This document shows, in pieces, positions 10,760 through 22,422 of a DNA stretch of 64,000 nucleotides; positions within the stretch are counted from its first letter, which is position 1, and the number at the start of each line of letters is the position of its first letter. The translations under genes were made by a program, and so were the position numbers. This DNA comes from an uncultured delta proteobacterium (GTDB lineage Bacteria > Myxococcota > Kuafuiibacteriia > Kuafuiibacteriales > Kuafuiibacteriaceae), in the NCBI GenBank assembly GCA_963803435.1, contig CAWDML010000010.1:32001-96000 (forward strand), in the 5' to 3' direction. The notes under the pieces were generated by a model, which did no database searches, was not told the DNA's origin, and worked only from the letters and a program-made list of their open reading frames with translations.

Positions 10760-10802
10760 GGAGTTCGAGCCTACCAAGGGCGTCTGCGATAGAAATAGAC
10801 CC

Positions 10803-12449
10803 GTGCCGGAGCGAACCGTCCTCCTCCTCGCCCTATTCCTCCCCGCGTGTCCGTCGGAGATGGCCGGGGCTCCCGAACAGGATGCGGCTTCGATCAGCCG
10901 GGAGATCTTCTCGCTCGATCCCGAGGTTCGCTTGCCGCCGGCGAGGCGCACGGCTCCGATGCAGGCGCCTCCCCCCTCGGGCGCGCCGAGCCCCATCGAC
11001 TCCCTCGTGGTGCTGATCGACTCGAGCGGCTCGGGCGCGCTCGACTGGGAGCGGAGCGTCGAGACCGTTCACGCGCTGATCGACGCTCTCGGTCGCGGGG
11101 CCGGGCCGTCGACCCCCGTCCATCTGGCCGCCTTCGATCAAAGCTATCAACCGATCTACGAGGGCGCCATCGGAGACCTCTCGCCGGCCGTATGGCGGCA
11201 TCTGCTCGACCTCGGCGCATACGGCGCCTCGAACTGGGCCCTCGCGCTGACCGCAGCGGGCGCGACGCGCGGCCACTTCGCGCGCGTGCTCCTGGTGGGA
11301 GACGGTGTCGCCACCGCGGGCCCGAGAGATCAGGCGTCGCTCGTGGCCCTGGTGCTCAAGCTCGGGGCGGCCGGTGTGAAGCGGCTCGACGTCCTCGCGT
11401 TCGGTGACGCGCGAGACGACGCGCTGCTCACCGCGCTGGTGAAGGCGAGCCCGCACGAGCCGGGTGTGGTGATCGACGGCGATCTTCCGCTCGCCGAGAT
11501 CGCGCGCCGACTCTCGGTCACAGCCCCCGAGAGCGCGCCCGAGCCGCGGGTGCCGGGCCCGGAGCCGAAGCACCGCGCGCCCTCTCCCGAGCCGTACGCG
11601 GAGGTCATGGCGCTGCTGCCCGCCCACGCTCAGCAAGCGCTCGAGCGGGCCGTCGAGTGGCATCTCGAGGCGCCCTTCGAGCCCCTACCGCTGCTCGCGG
11701 TCGGTGAGGCCTACGCGATCGCGAACGACGCCAGCCAGGTGCCGAGGGTCTATGGGTCGCTGATCGATCTGTATCCGGCGAACGCGGAGATGCTCCGCCT
11801 GGCTGCATCGCTCCTGCAGATGCAGCGTGAGCAGTCGTCGGTGACCACCGCCGTGGAGGCGCTCGATCGTGCGATCGCACTTCAACCCGAGCGGCCCTCG
11901 TCGCACCGGCTCCTCGCTTACGCGCTGTTGCGCGCGCAGCGGGAGGCCGAAGCGCTGGCCGCGGTCGAGCGCGGGATCGCGGTGCTTCCCAACGGCCCGG
12001 CGCAGCTGGTCCTGCGCCACGACGCCGGACTGATCGCCGCCGCCTGGATCCGGAAGGAGCCGGCGAAGCGGACGGTCATCCTGTCGCACTTGATCCCGCT
12101 CGGCGTCACGGTCGAGACCCAGCCCTCGCTCACGTTCTCGCTCTACTGGGAGTCGGAGGCCGATGTCGCGCTCTCGGTGTCGGGGAGCCGGGGCTCGGTA
12201 CCGCTGTCGTTCCCCTCCGTAGCCATCGTTCGCGGCGAGCCGCGAACGCGCGCGTATCCGTACCGCCCGTGCGCGCGCGTCGGCGGGCTCGGCCCGCTGG
12301 GCTTCACCGCGGGACACCTCGAGATCGTCGAGCACGACGGAAAGGGCGGCCTCTGGTTCGCGGGCCGCTCGTTCGTGGTGACCAAGGCGGGCGAGGTCGA
12401 GCTGGGAGAGATCGCCCGACCTTTCGGCAAGAGCCGCGGCGTTCGCTGA
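10803..12449 (+). CDS. VWA-domain + TPR lipoprotein
   Basis: Lipobox-like FLPAC; MIDAS VLIDSSGS and LLVGDG; TPR-like helices (RAIALQPERPSSHRLLAYAL). Confidence 0.78.
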   Translation: MPERTVLLLALFLPACPSEMAGAPEQDAASISREIFSLDPEVRLPPARRTAPMQAPPPSGAPSPIDSLVVLIDSSGSGALDWERSVETVHALIDALGRGAGPSTPVHLAAFDQSYQPIYEGAIGDLSPAVWRHLLDLGAYGASNWALALTAAGATRGHFARVLLVGDGVATAGPRDQASLVALVLKLGAAGVKRLDVLAFGDARDDALLTALVKASPHEPGVVIDGDLPLAEIARRLSVTAPESAPEPRVPGPEPKHRAPSPEPYAEVMALLPAHAQQALERAVEWHLEAPFEPLPLLAVGEAYAIANDASQVPRVYGSLIDLYPANAEMLRLAASLLQMQREQSSVTTAVEALDRAIALQPERPSSHRLLAYALLRAQREAEALAAVERGIAVLPNGPAQLVLRHDAGLIAAAWIRKEPAKRTVILSHLIPLGVTVETQPSLTFSLYWESEADVALSVSGSRGSVPLSFPSVAIVRGEPRTRAYPYRPCARVGGLGPLGFTAGHLEIVEHDGKGGLWFAGRSFVVTKAGEVELGEIARPFGKSRGVR

Positions 12450-12560
12450 GCCCGCGCTCTTGGAGGGACGATCCCGCTCGCGTTGGAGGTCTTGGGCCGC
12501 GATCGTTAATCTTGGGCGAGCGCGGATCCGTCGTGCTATGCGTTTCAGCCGGAGCGAATC

Positions 12561-15500
12561 ATGGGACTACGTATCGCGCTGCCGACTGCGCTCTTGGCGC
12601 TTGTGCTCTCTGGGTGTCCGGGTGGCGGTGACGTGGTCATCAACACGACCGCGCTTCCCGCGGGGAAGGTCGGCGTCGCCTACCAGGCGAGCATCACCGC
12701 CGCGGGTGGCGCAGGTCGAGGGTACCTGTGGCAGGTGACCGGGGGCGCCGTCCCGCCGGGGCTCACCGTGGCGGCCGAGGGGACGCCGTCCACGTCGGTC
12801 TCGGGGACGCCGTCAGAGGCCGGCACTTTCGACTTCACGGTCGAGGTGAGCGATGTCGACGGCAACTTCGGACGGAGCTCGGTCCGCCTCGTCATCGAGG
12901 CCGACGGTCTGCCCGCGAAGCTCGCGATCACCACGCCCTCGCTCCCGAGCGGTGCGGTCTCAGTCCGGTACCAGGCGGCGATCGAGGCGACGGGCGGATC
13001 CGGGTCCGGCTACTCGTGGAGCCTCCGCGAGGGCGCGCTCCCGGGCGGGCTGAGCCTCGGCGAGGCCGGCACGCCGGGCACCATGATCTCCGGGACGCCC
13101 GCGGTCGCCGGCGCCTTCCCGCTGACGATCGCAGTCGCGGACGACGCGGGTAGCTCCGCCACTTTGCAACTCGTCCTGCAGATCGATCCCGAGCCGCCGG
13201 CGCTCTTCATCCAGACCGCTCAGCTCCCTCCGGCGCAGGCCGACAGCGCCTACCAGGCCACGCTGACCGCCGAGGGGGGCGCCTCCAGCGGCTACGTGTG
13301 GTCCATCGCGGAGGGCGCGCTTCCGGCCGGCCTCACGCTCATCGCCGAGGGGACGCCTTCCACCTCGATCGAGGGGGTCCCGGCGGTGAGCGGCCGCTTC
13401 GATCTCACCGTTCGAGTCGAGGACGCGCTCGGGCTCTCGGCGGTCCAGGGTCTGGTGCTGGTCGTCGAGGACGGCCCGCTCGCGCTGCCCTCGGAGGTGC
13501 TCGCCACCGCGGTCGCAGGGGTCGTGTACTCGGCCACGGTCGCCGCCGCGGGTGGGACCGGCTCCGGCTACCGCTGGGAGGTTTCGCAAGGCGCCTTGCC
13601 GGCCGGCCTCACCATCGCCGCCAGCGGTACGCCTGCCACCATCCTCTCCGGAACGCCCACCTCCACCGGCACGTTCGACTTCGAGCTCACGGTCACGGAC
13701 GACTCGGGACAGACCGCGTCCGAGGCCTTCGCGATCGACGTCGCGCCCGCCGTCCAGATCGAGACCGCCGTGCTCCCGGAAGGTCGCCAGGGTGCCTCCT
13801 ACTCCGCGACGATCGACGCGGCCGGCGGCGCCGGCACCGGATACCGCTGGTCGGTCGCGCAGGGCGCTCTGCCGTCGGGCCTGACGCTCGGCCAGGGCTC
13901 GCCGTCTGCCGTGATCTCGGGGACGCCCAGCGCCTGGGGGCACTTCGACTTCATCGTCCGGGTCGAGGAGCCGCTCGGATCCTCGGATGATCGGGCGCTC
14001 AGCATCGATCTACTCCCGCGGCCCATCGCGATCGTCACGGCCACCGTTCCGAGCGGCACGGCGCTATCGCCCTACAGCGCTGTGATCACCACGATCAACG
14101 GATCGGGGACGAGCTACGCCTGGACCTTTGAGGGCGCGCTGCCCCCGGGCGTCGCGCTCGATCCGACCGGCACGCCGCCGGGCACCACGGTCTCGGGTAC
14201 GCCTCAGCTGCCGGGTACCTACACGGCCACGCTCACCGTCACCGACCCGATCTCCGGCGACTCGGACGCCCGCGCGTTCGCGTTTCAGATCGACGCTCCG
14301 CCGATCACGATCGTCACCGCGACCCTCCCGCCCCCGATCTACGGCTCGCCCTATTCGACCGCGCTGATCTCCGCCGGAGGCTCGGGCGCCGGCCTGGTCT
14401 GGAGCCTTTTGCAAGGCAGCCTGCCTCCCGGCCTCACGTTCCAGCAGAACGGAATGATCACCGGCTACCCGATCGTCGAGGGACCGTACGATCTGACCGT
14501 GCAGGTGCGGGACAGCTTCGGCTCGGTCGATACGCACCCGTACACCGGCGCGGTCGCGCGGCGCCTCACGATCCTGACCCGCGCCCTTCCGATCGCCGAC
14601 ACCGGCGCCAGCTACTCCGCGTCGATCACCGCCGCCGGAGGTACGGGGACCGGCTACGTCTGGTCGATCACCCGAGGCGCCCCGCCCTCCGGGCTCAGCT
14701 TGGCGAGCGCCGGATCGCCCGCCACGTCGCTCACCGGACTCACCACCGCGCCGGGCCTCTACAGCTTCACGGTGCACGTGACCGACTCGGGCGGGGCCTT
14801 CGCCTCCGCCGCGCTCCTCCTCCAGGTTCGCCAGCCGCAGTCGTCGGCGCTGATCGTCGGCGACCTCCTGATCGACAACGACAATGAGGTCTTTCTCACC
14901 GGACTCACCCCTGGGAGCACGCCCACACGGATCAGCCCCGCCGGCGCGGGTACTGGCGACGCGCTGACCGGGCTCGGCAGCGTCCAGTTCTCGCCCGATC
15001 ACACGCGCGCGGCGTTCCTCGGCGACTTCACCAACGACGGCACGATCTCGCTGTATGTGGTCAACCTGGTGCCGGCCGTCCAGGCCGCGTTCGACGTCAG
15101 CGGTTCGATCGTCGCGGGTGGTAACGTGACCGGTTTCGTCTGGTCGCCCAACTCGCAGGAGCTCCTGTTTCGCGCCGACAAGCGGGCGGTCGGCGAGTTC
15201 GAGCTCTTCTGGGTCGACATGCGCGGCAACTTCGTCGCCCCGGCCATCCGGCTCAGCGGTCCGATGATCGCCGGCGGTGGCGTCACGCAGGGCGCCTACG
15301 CCTTCTCGCCGGACGCGGAGAAGGTCGTGTATCAGGCGGACCAGAACGTCGACGGCGTGGACGAGCTCTTCCTGGTCGACGTCTTCTTCCCGGTGCCGCC
15401 GGCGCCGGTCCGCCTCAACCTCCCGCTCGTCCCGAACGGCGACACCGACGACGCCGTGATCTTCCTCCCGGACGGCGACCACGTGATCTACTGGGCGGAG

Positions 15501-16427
15501 GAGCAGACGGACACCGTGAACGGTCTGTTCATGGTCGACATCACCGGCGGGAGCATCAACGGGCGTACGCAGCTGAATCGGCACGGCGCGATCATCGATC
15601 GCGCCATGCTCTCCCCGGGCGGCGATCGCCTGCTGTTCGTCTCCGACGACGACATCACCAACGCCCGCGAGCTCTACCTGATCGATCTCACCGCGCCGGC
15701 GCTCCGGGCGTTCAAGGTGAACCCACCGTTCACCGACAACGCGCACGACGTCGGCGGCGCCCGCTGGTCCCCCGACGGCCGCCGGATCATCTACACCGCG
15801 GATCAGGACACCGAGGGCCAGGACGAGCTCTATGTGGTCGATGCGGACGGCTTCCTGATCGGCGCGCCCGAGCGCGTCAACGCCGAATTCCCGCAGTCGT
15901 TCACCAGCGTCGACTCGGACCCGATCGAGGGCTTCGGTTGGTCGCCCGACGGGACGCGTGCGGCGTTTCTCGCCGACACCACCAACGACGGCGCGTTCGA
16001 GCTCTGGCTCGCGGATCTCACGGTGCATCCGCCGGCGGCCACGCGCCTGTCTCCGGCGCTGCCGGCGTTCGCCGACGTGCAGCAGTTCCTCTTCGCCCCC
16101 GACTCGAACCGGCTGGTCTACCACGCCGATCAGACCGTCGACGGCCAGGACGAGCTCTTCTACGTCGACCTCTCGGGCGCGATCCCGGGGCCGCCGCAGC
16201 AGGTGAACCCGCCGCTGCCGGCCGGCGGCGACGTGACCTCGACCCTCGACGACCTGCGGTGGTCGCGGAGCTCGCAGACGATCTACTACCGGGCCGACCA
16301 GGTGGTGGACAACGCCTTCGAGGCCTACGGCGTCAGCTTCACCGGCGGCGCGCCCGGCGCGCCCTTCATGCTGCACGGCCTTCTTCCCACCAACGGCGAC
16401 GTCCTCCTGCTCGACGTCCAGCACTGA
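12561..16427 (+). CDS. Large surface lipoprotein: 8 putative Ig (He_PIG-like) domains plus ~10-blade beta-propeller
   Basis: Lipobox LSGC; eight LP…Y…GG…Y.W…G.LP.GL…SGTP repeats; ten [FW]SPD…AD…DG..EL[FY].VD-type repeats. Confidence 0.88.
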   Translation: MGLRIALPTALLALVLSGCPGGGDVVINTTALPAGKVGVAYQASITAAGGAGRGYLWQVTGGAVPPGLTVAAEGTPSTSVSGTPSEAGTFDFTVEVSDVDGNFGRSSVRLVIEADGLPAKLAITTPSLPSGAVSVRYQAAIEATGGSGSGYSWSLREGALPGGLSLGEAGTPGTMISGTPAVAGAFPLTIAVADDAGSSATLQLVLQIDPEPPALFIQTAQLPPAQADSAYQATLTAEGGASSGYVWSIAEGALPAGLTLIAEGTPSTSIEGVPAVSGRFDLTVRVEDALGLSAVQGLVLVVEDGPLALPSEVLATAVAGVVYSATVAAAGGTGSGYRWEVSQGALPAGLTIAASGTPATILSGTPTSTGTFDFELTVTDDSGQTASEAFAIDVAPAVQIETAVLPEGRQGASYSATIDAAGGAGTGYRWSVAQGALPSGLTLGQGSPSAVISGTPSAWGHFDFIVRVEEPLGSSDDRALSIDLLPRPIAIVTATVPSGTALSPYSAVITTINGSGTSYAWTFEGALPPGVALDPTGTPPGTTVSGTPQLPGTYTATLTVTDPISGDSDARAFAFQIDAPPITIVTATLPPPIYGSPYSTALISAGGSGAGLVWSLLQGSLPPGLTFQQNGMITGYPIVEGPYDLTVQVRDSFGSVDTHPYTGAVARRLTILTRALPIADTGASYSASITAAGGTGTGYVWSITRGAPPSGLSLASAGSPATSLTGLTTAPGLYSFTVHVTDSGGAFASAALLLQVRQPQSSALIVGDLLIDNDNEVFLTGLTPGSTPTRISPAGAGTGDALTGLGSVQFSPDHTRAAFLGDFTNDGTISLYVVNLVPAVQAAFDVSGSIVAGGNVTGFVWSPNSQELLFRADKRAVGEFELFWVDMRGNFVAPAIRLSGPMIAGGGVTQGAYAFSPDAEKVVYQADQNVDGVDELFLVDVFFPVPPAPVRLNLPLVPNGDTDDAVIFLPDGDHVIYWAEEQTDTVNGLFMVDITGGSINGRTQLNRHGAIIDRAMLSPGGDRLLFVSDDDITNARELYLIDLTAPALRAFKVNPPFTDNAHDVGGARWSPDGRRIIYTADQDTEGQDELYVVDADGFLIGAPERVNAEFPQSFTSVDSDPIEGFGWSPDGTRAAFLADTTNDGAFELWLADLTVHPPAATRLSPALPAFADVQQFLFAPDSNRLVYHADQTVDGQDELFYVDLSGAIPGPPQQVNPPLPAGGDVTSTLDDLRWSRSSQTIYYRADQVVDNAFEAYGVSFTGGAPGAPFMLHGLLPTNGDVLLLDVQH

Positions 16428-16439
16428 ATCGAGGTCGCC

Positions 16440-19400
16440 ATGAAAGCGAACCGACTCCTCGTCGCGCTCGCGGCCTGCGCCGCCTGCTCGGGCGACCGAT
16501 CGCCCGTCCTGTCCAACCCGGCGCTGTCGAGCCCCGCCGCGCGACCGCTCGTCGCGGAGCCGCCGCCCCCGACACCGCCGCCGGACCGCAGCATCGACAT
16601 CTCCCACGTCGATCGGAAGAGCGTCGACGGGCTCGCCTTCACCGCAGCGCCGGCCGCGCCGGCGGAAGAACACCCGCGCGCGCCGGCCCCGAATCGAGCC
16701 GCTGTCTGCGGCGGACGTCGAAGCCCTGCTCGCGCGCCTCCCTCCGCTGGCGAGCCCGCCCGAGGACGAAAAGCCCTTTGCGCTGCACGAGGGTCCCAAG
16801 CCGCCGGAACGCACCGGCGCGACGGTGAAGGCGCCGTTCCCTCCGCCGGACTCGACCCGGGCTCCGCCGGACATCGCGGCGTCGCCGCTCGAGGTGCTCC
16901 GCGTGCAGCCTCAGGGCCCGGTCGCGATCGCCGGGCTGGTCTCGATCACCTTCTCCGCGCCGATGGTGCCGGTGGAGACCGACGAGGCCCTGAGCAGTGA
17001 GAAGGTACCGGCCCGCCTCGAGCCTGAGCCGCCCGGCCAGTGGCGCTGGGCAGGCACGCGGACGCTGCTCTTCGAGGCCAAGCCGCGCTTCCCGATGGCG
17101 ACCGAGTACACGCTCACCATCCCCGCCGGCGTACGCGCCGCGACCGGCGGCAAGCTCGCCGAGCCCCTGGTGTTTCACTTCACGACGCCGCCGCCGTCGG
17201 TCGTCAGCTTCTCGCCGGTGGGAGAGGGTGAGGCGCTCGATCCGATCCTCGAGGCCGTCTTCGATCAACGGATCGATCCGGAGCGCGTCCTCGCGACCGT
17301 ATCGGTCGAAGCGAGCGGACAGCGCACTCCGCTCGCGCTCGCTCCCACGGACTCCGCCTCGGATCGGACGCTCCGCTTCCGCGCCGTCCGGCCTCTCCCG
17401 AAGGACGCCAAGATCGAGGTGACGATCGGTCCCGGGACGCCCTCCGCCGAGGGCCCGCTCACCAGCACCACCCAGGTCGTGAAGACGTTCCACACCTTCG
17501 GCCCGTTCCGCTACCTCGAGCACGTCTGCGAGTGGGCCCGCGAGTGCCGTCCTGACTCGACGCTGGTGATCCGTTTCAACAACCCGATCGACGACGCTCG
17601 CGATCAGCGGGAGCGGATCTCCGTCTCACCTCGGCCCGAGGGGATGAAGATCGAGATCGAAGGCACGGACGTCCGCATCACCGGACCGCTCGCGCCCGAG
17701 GCCCGCTACCAGGTGACGGCCGGCGCCGATCTGACCGATGTGCACGGCCAGCGCCTCGGCCGTCCCCAGACGGTGACGTTCCAGCTGGCGCCGCCGCGGC
17801 CCATCGTCTACGCGCCGGGCGAACGCTTCGTGGTGCTGGACCCGGCCGCCCTCGACCACCCCACCTTCCCGCTCTACACGATGCGCCCGCCGAAGGTGCA
17901 GCTCAGGCTTCGCCGCGTCGAGCCCACGGACTGGTTCCAATACCTCCGCTGGGCCGAGGACGAGACCGGCGAGGAGAAGGTCGCGCCGCCGGGAAGGACC
18001 GTCGTCGATCGCGCGCTGGTGTTGAAGCGCGGACCCGGTCTCGCCGTCACCGCGATCGATCTCTCGCCGGCGCTCATCCACAAGCGCGGCAACGTCGTGC
18101 TCGAGGTGGAACCGATCGGCATCCCGCTCAAGGAGCGACGCAATCAGCGGCCCATCCGGCGCTGGATCCAGGTGACGGACCTGGGCCTCGACGCGGTCAT
18201 CGATCAGCAGGATCTCTACGCGTTCGTCACCACGCTGGCCGGTGGACGTCCGCTCGCGAACGCGCAGGTCTCCATCGTACCGGTCGGACCCACCGTCGCC
18301 ACCGATCCCACGGGCTACGCACGTCTGCCGCTCCCGGAGGCCGGCGGACCGACCTCCTCGCTCCTGGTGGCCAAGCTGGGCGATCGGATGGCGTTCCTCC
18401 CGGAGGCGCGCTGGCACCGCTCCGGCACCTCCTGGGTCGCCTCCCGGCAAGAGGACGGCTTTCGCTTCTTCATGTTCGACGACCGCGGCCTCTATCGGCC
18501 CGGCGAGACCGTGCGGTTCAAGGGTTGGGTCCGCCGGATCACGGGCGGGAAGACGAGCGACGTCGACTCGATCGGCGGTGAGGGGCCGATCCACTACGAG
18601 GTCAGGGACGCGCGCGGCAACGAGGTCGCCAAGGGAGACGCACCGCTGACGGCGCTGGGCGGCTTCACGTTCTCGGCAGTGTTGCCGAAGGACGTGAACC
18701 TGGGCTGGGGACGCGTCGAGATCCGCGCGAAGGCGCTCGGCACCGGCGCGAGCGGCTCCTACGCGTTCCAGGTCGAAGAGTTCCGCCGGCCCGAGTTCGA
18801 GGTGAGCACCGAGGTCGGCGAAGGACCTCACCTGGTGGGCGAGTGGGCTGAGCTCTCGGTGGCCGCGAAGTATTACTCCGGCGGTCCGCTCGGCGATGCC
18901 GGGGTCACGTGGGATCTGCGCGCCTCGCCGGCGTACTACGCGCCGCCGAACCGCGAGGACTACAGCTTCGGAATCTGGACGCCCTGGTGGGGCCACTACG
19001 ACTTCATCGATCGGACCGCGCGCCGCAGCATTCAGCACCTCGAGGGGAAGACGGGCCCGGACGGGGTCGAGCGGCTCCGGATCGAGCTGCTCGCCGCGAA
19101 CCCTCCGCGCGCGATGGCGATCTCCGCGTCGGCGTCCGTGATGGACGTGAACCGCCAGACGTGGGGCGCGGGCGCGTCGATCCTGGTGCACCCGGCGTCG
19201 GTCTACGTGGGCTTGAGGCCGGCCCGCGCGTTCTTCGTGCTCGGCGAGCCGATCGAGATCGAAGCGATCCGGGTCGACCTCGACGGCCGCGTCGCTCCGG
19301 GCGCGATCGAGATGACGGCCGCCCCGATCCGCGGCGGTGACGAGGCGCTCTGCAGCCGGAACGTCGAGCAGGACGCCCCGGTGACGTGCAGCTTTCCGGC

Positions 19401-22327
19401 GAACGCGGGAGGGCCCTGGCGGATCACCGCCCGCACCACCGACCCCCGAGGGCGGCCGAACCAGAGCGAGCGCGTCGTCTGGGTCGCAGGCGGGCCGGCG
19501 CCCCCGGCGACAGAGCTCTCGGAGGGGAACGTGGAGCTGATCCCCGATCGCGAGAGCTACGCGATCGGGGACGTCGCGGAGCTGATGGTGCGGACACCGT
19601 TTGCGCCGGCGGAGGCGCTGGTCACGCTGCGGCGGCAAGGCGTCCTGCGTGCGGAGCGGATCGAGTCTCCCCGAGGGTACCGCGGTGGTGAAGGTCCCGA
19701 TCGAAGAAGCGTACCTCCCGAACCTCGACGTCGAGATTGGTGCGGTGGGCGCCGCCGTGGGCAAGCCGGCCTACGCGTCGGGATCGATCGTGCTCCGGAT
19801 CCCCCCGCGCTCGAGGACGCTCTCGATCGAGGTGACGCCGGAGGATCCGATCGTCGTCCCCGGAGAGAAGACAGCAGTGCAGCTGTCGGTGAAGGACGCC
19901 GGCGGGAACGCGGTCGCAGGCGCGGAGGCGGCGGTGTTCGTGGTGGATGAGGCGGTGCTGGCGCTGGCGCGCTATCAGACGCCCGATCCGATCCCGACGT
20001 TCTATCCGACGCGCGGCGGCGGTACGACCGACCTCCACCTCCGCAGCGACATCGTGATTCCCCAACCGCCGAACCTGGAGATGTCCCAGCGCCTCTACCG
20101 ACTCGAGGACATCTCCCTCGAGGGGGCGAAGATGAAGAAGGCGGCGAGGGATGGCGAGCCGGCGCCGCCACCGCCCGCGCCGCCGGGCAAGCAGATCAAG
20201 GTGCGGACGAACTTCTCACCGCTGGCCGTGTTCGCGCCCGAGGTGAAGACGGGAGCGGACGGACGTGCGCGCGTCGAGCTCACGATGCCGGACAACCTGA
20301 CGCGCTATCGCATCGTGGCGGTGGCGGTGGAGGGCGGGAAACGGTTCGGCTCGGCGGAGAGCACGATGTCCGCCAAGAAGGCCTTGATGGTGAGGCCGTC
20401 GCCACCGCGATTCCTCAACTTCGGCGATCACTTCGAGCTCGCGGTGGTGGTGCATAACCAGACGAACCGCGAGGTGCCGACCGCCGTCTTCGCCCGGGCG
20501 AGCAACGCCACCATCGAGCGGGCCCAGGGCGTCCTGGTGCGGGTCCCGGCGCAGGATCGCGCGCTGGTCAGCTTTCCCGTAGCGGCCGGTCTTCCCGGGA
20601 CGGCGCGCTTCCAGATCGGGATCGCGGCGGGCGGCTTCGACGACGCGGCCGAGCTCTCGCTCCCGGTGTGGACGCCGGCGACCACCGAGGCCTTCGCGAC
20701 CTACGGCGAGCTCGATCAGGGCGCGGCGCGCCAGCCGATCGGGATCCCGAAGAACGTCGAGCCGAGCTTCGGCGCGCTCGAGGTCAGCGCCAGCTCGACC
20801 CAGCTGCAGGCCCTCACGGACGCGCTGATCTACCTGGCCGACTATCCGTTCGGGTGCTCCGAGCAGATCGCCTCTCGCGTGCTCGGGGTGGCGGCGCTGA
20901 AGGATGTGCTGGCCGCCTTCGAGTCGCCCCAGCTCCCGCCCGCCCCCGATCTCGAGGCCGCCGTCGGACGCGACGTGAAGCGCCTCGAGGAGCTCCAGAA
21001 CTGGGACGGAGGCTGGGGCTTCTGGAAGCGGGGCGATCCGTCGTGGCCGTTCAACTCGATCCACGCCATGCACGCGCTCATCCGCGCCCGCGACAAGGGC
21101 TTCGTCGTGCCGGACCAGATGATCGGGACCGGCCACCGCTACCTGCGATCGATCGCGCAACACGTGCCGAGCGAGTATCCGGACCCGGTGCGCGCGGTGA
21201 TCCAGGCGTACGCCCTCTACGTACGCGCGCTGATGGGCGACCTCGATCAGAACGCGGCCGTGGCGCTGATCGAGAAGAGCGGCGGCGCCGACAAGATGCC
21301 GCTCGAGGTCCTGGGCTTCCTCTATCCCGTGCTCTCCGACTCGAGCGCCCGCGTCGAGCTGGCGGCCCTCCGCCGCGCGATCGACAACCGCGCCAGCGAG
21401 ACCGCCGGCGCCGCCCACTTCGCGACCTCGTACCAGGAGGGCGGCGCCTACCTGGTGATGCACTCGGACCGCCGCGTCGACGGGCTCCTGCTCGAGGGTC
21501 TGATCCGCGACCAGCCGAAGAGCCCGCTGATCCCCAAGCTGGTGCGCGGTCTCCTCGCACACCGGACCAAGGGGCGCTGGTCGAACACGCAGGAGAACGC
21601 GTGGGTGCTGCTGGCGCTCGACCGCTACTTCTCGACCTACGAGAAGGCCACGCCCGACTTCACCGCCCGCGCCTGGGTGGGCGGCCGCTTCCTCGGCGAG
21701 CACCCCTTCCACGGGCGCACCACCGAGCGCTATGAGCTCCAGGTGCCGATGGCGAGCCTGATGGAGCTGGGCGGCGCGCAGGATCTGATCGTTTCAAAAG
21801 AAGGCCCGGGACGGCTCTACTACCGGCTCGGGCTGCGCTATGCGCCGGCCGATCTGAGGCTGGCCGCCAAGAGCCGCGGCTTCGAGGTGGAGCGCAGATA
21901 TGAGGCGATCGACCACCCCGGCGATGTTGTCCGCGATCCTGACGGCGCCTGGCGGATCGCAGCGGGCGCCCGGGTGCGAGTCCGGCTGACGATGACCACC
22001 CCCGGCCGCCGGTACCACGTGGCGCTGGTCGATCCGTTGCCTGCGGGCCTCGAGCCCCTCAACCCGGCGCTGGGGGCGAGCTCGGCCCCGGTCTCGGAGG
22101 GTCCCTGGTGGAGGGCGCGCTGGTACGGCTACCAGAACCTCCGCGATGACCGGGCCGAGGCGTTTTCGACCCTCCTGGACGCGGGAGTCCATGGCTATGC
22201 CTACGTGGCTCGGGCGACGACGGTGGGGACTTTCGTCGCTCCGCCGGCCCACGCGGAAGAAATGTACTCGCCCGAGACGTTTGGCCGGAGCCCCACGGAT
22301 CGCGTGATCGTGGAGGTGCGGCCGTGA
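16440..22327 (+). CDS. Bacterial alpha-2-macroglobulin family lipoprotein, interrupted by two +1 frameshifts (~16687-16690 and ~19666)
   Basis: Three consecutive frames (16440, 16825, 19601) join into one A2M: lipobox, DRGLYRPGETV, VEEFRRPEFEV, VVDEAVL, MPDNLTRYR, thioester YPFGCSEQ, AEEMYSPETFGRS. Confidence 0.88.
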
Positions 22328-22422
22328 GACCCCTTGGGGAGTCTGCTCGCCACTTCCCCAGGCGAAGGGACAAGTTGGCCCCGCTATTCAGCTGGGGCAT
22401 GGGCTTTGCTACGATCGGCGCG

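Noticed and set aside
14064-16874. Very long antisense or alternate-frame ORFs (also 367-1725, 17626-19764, 29949-31898, 54760-56844, 54891-57347)
   Set aside because: Shadow ORFs expected in high-GC DNA; they overlap well-supported genes and are Arg/Gly/Pro-rich without motifs
16680-19670. Programmed frameshifting or phase variation in the A2M
   Set aside because: Only a C4 run and a lone extra T; no slippery heptamer or long tract
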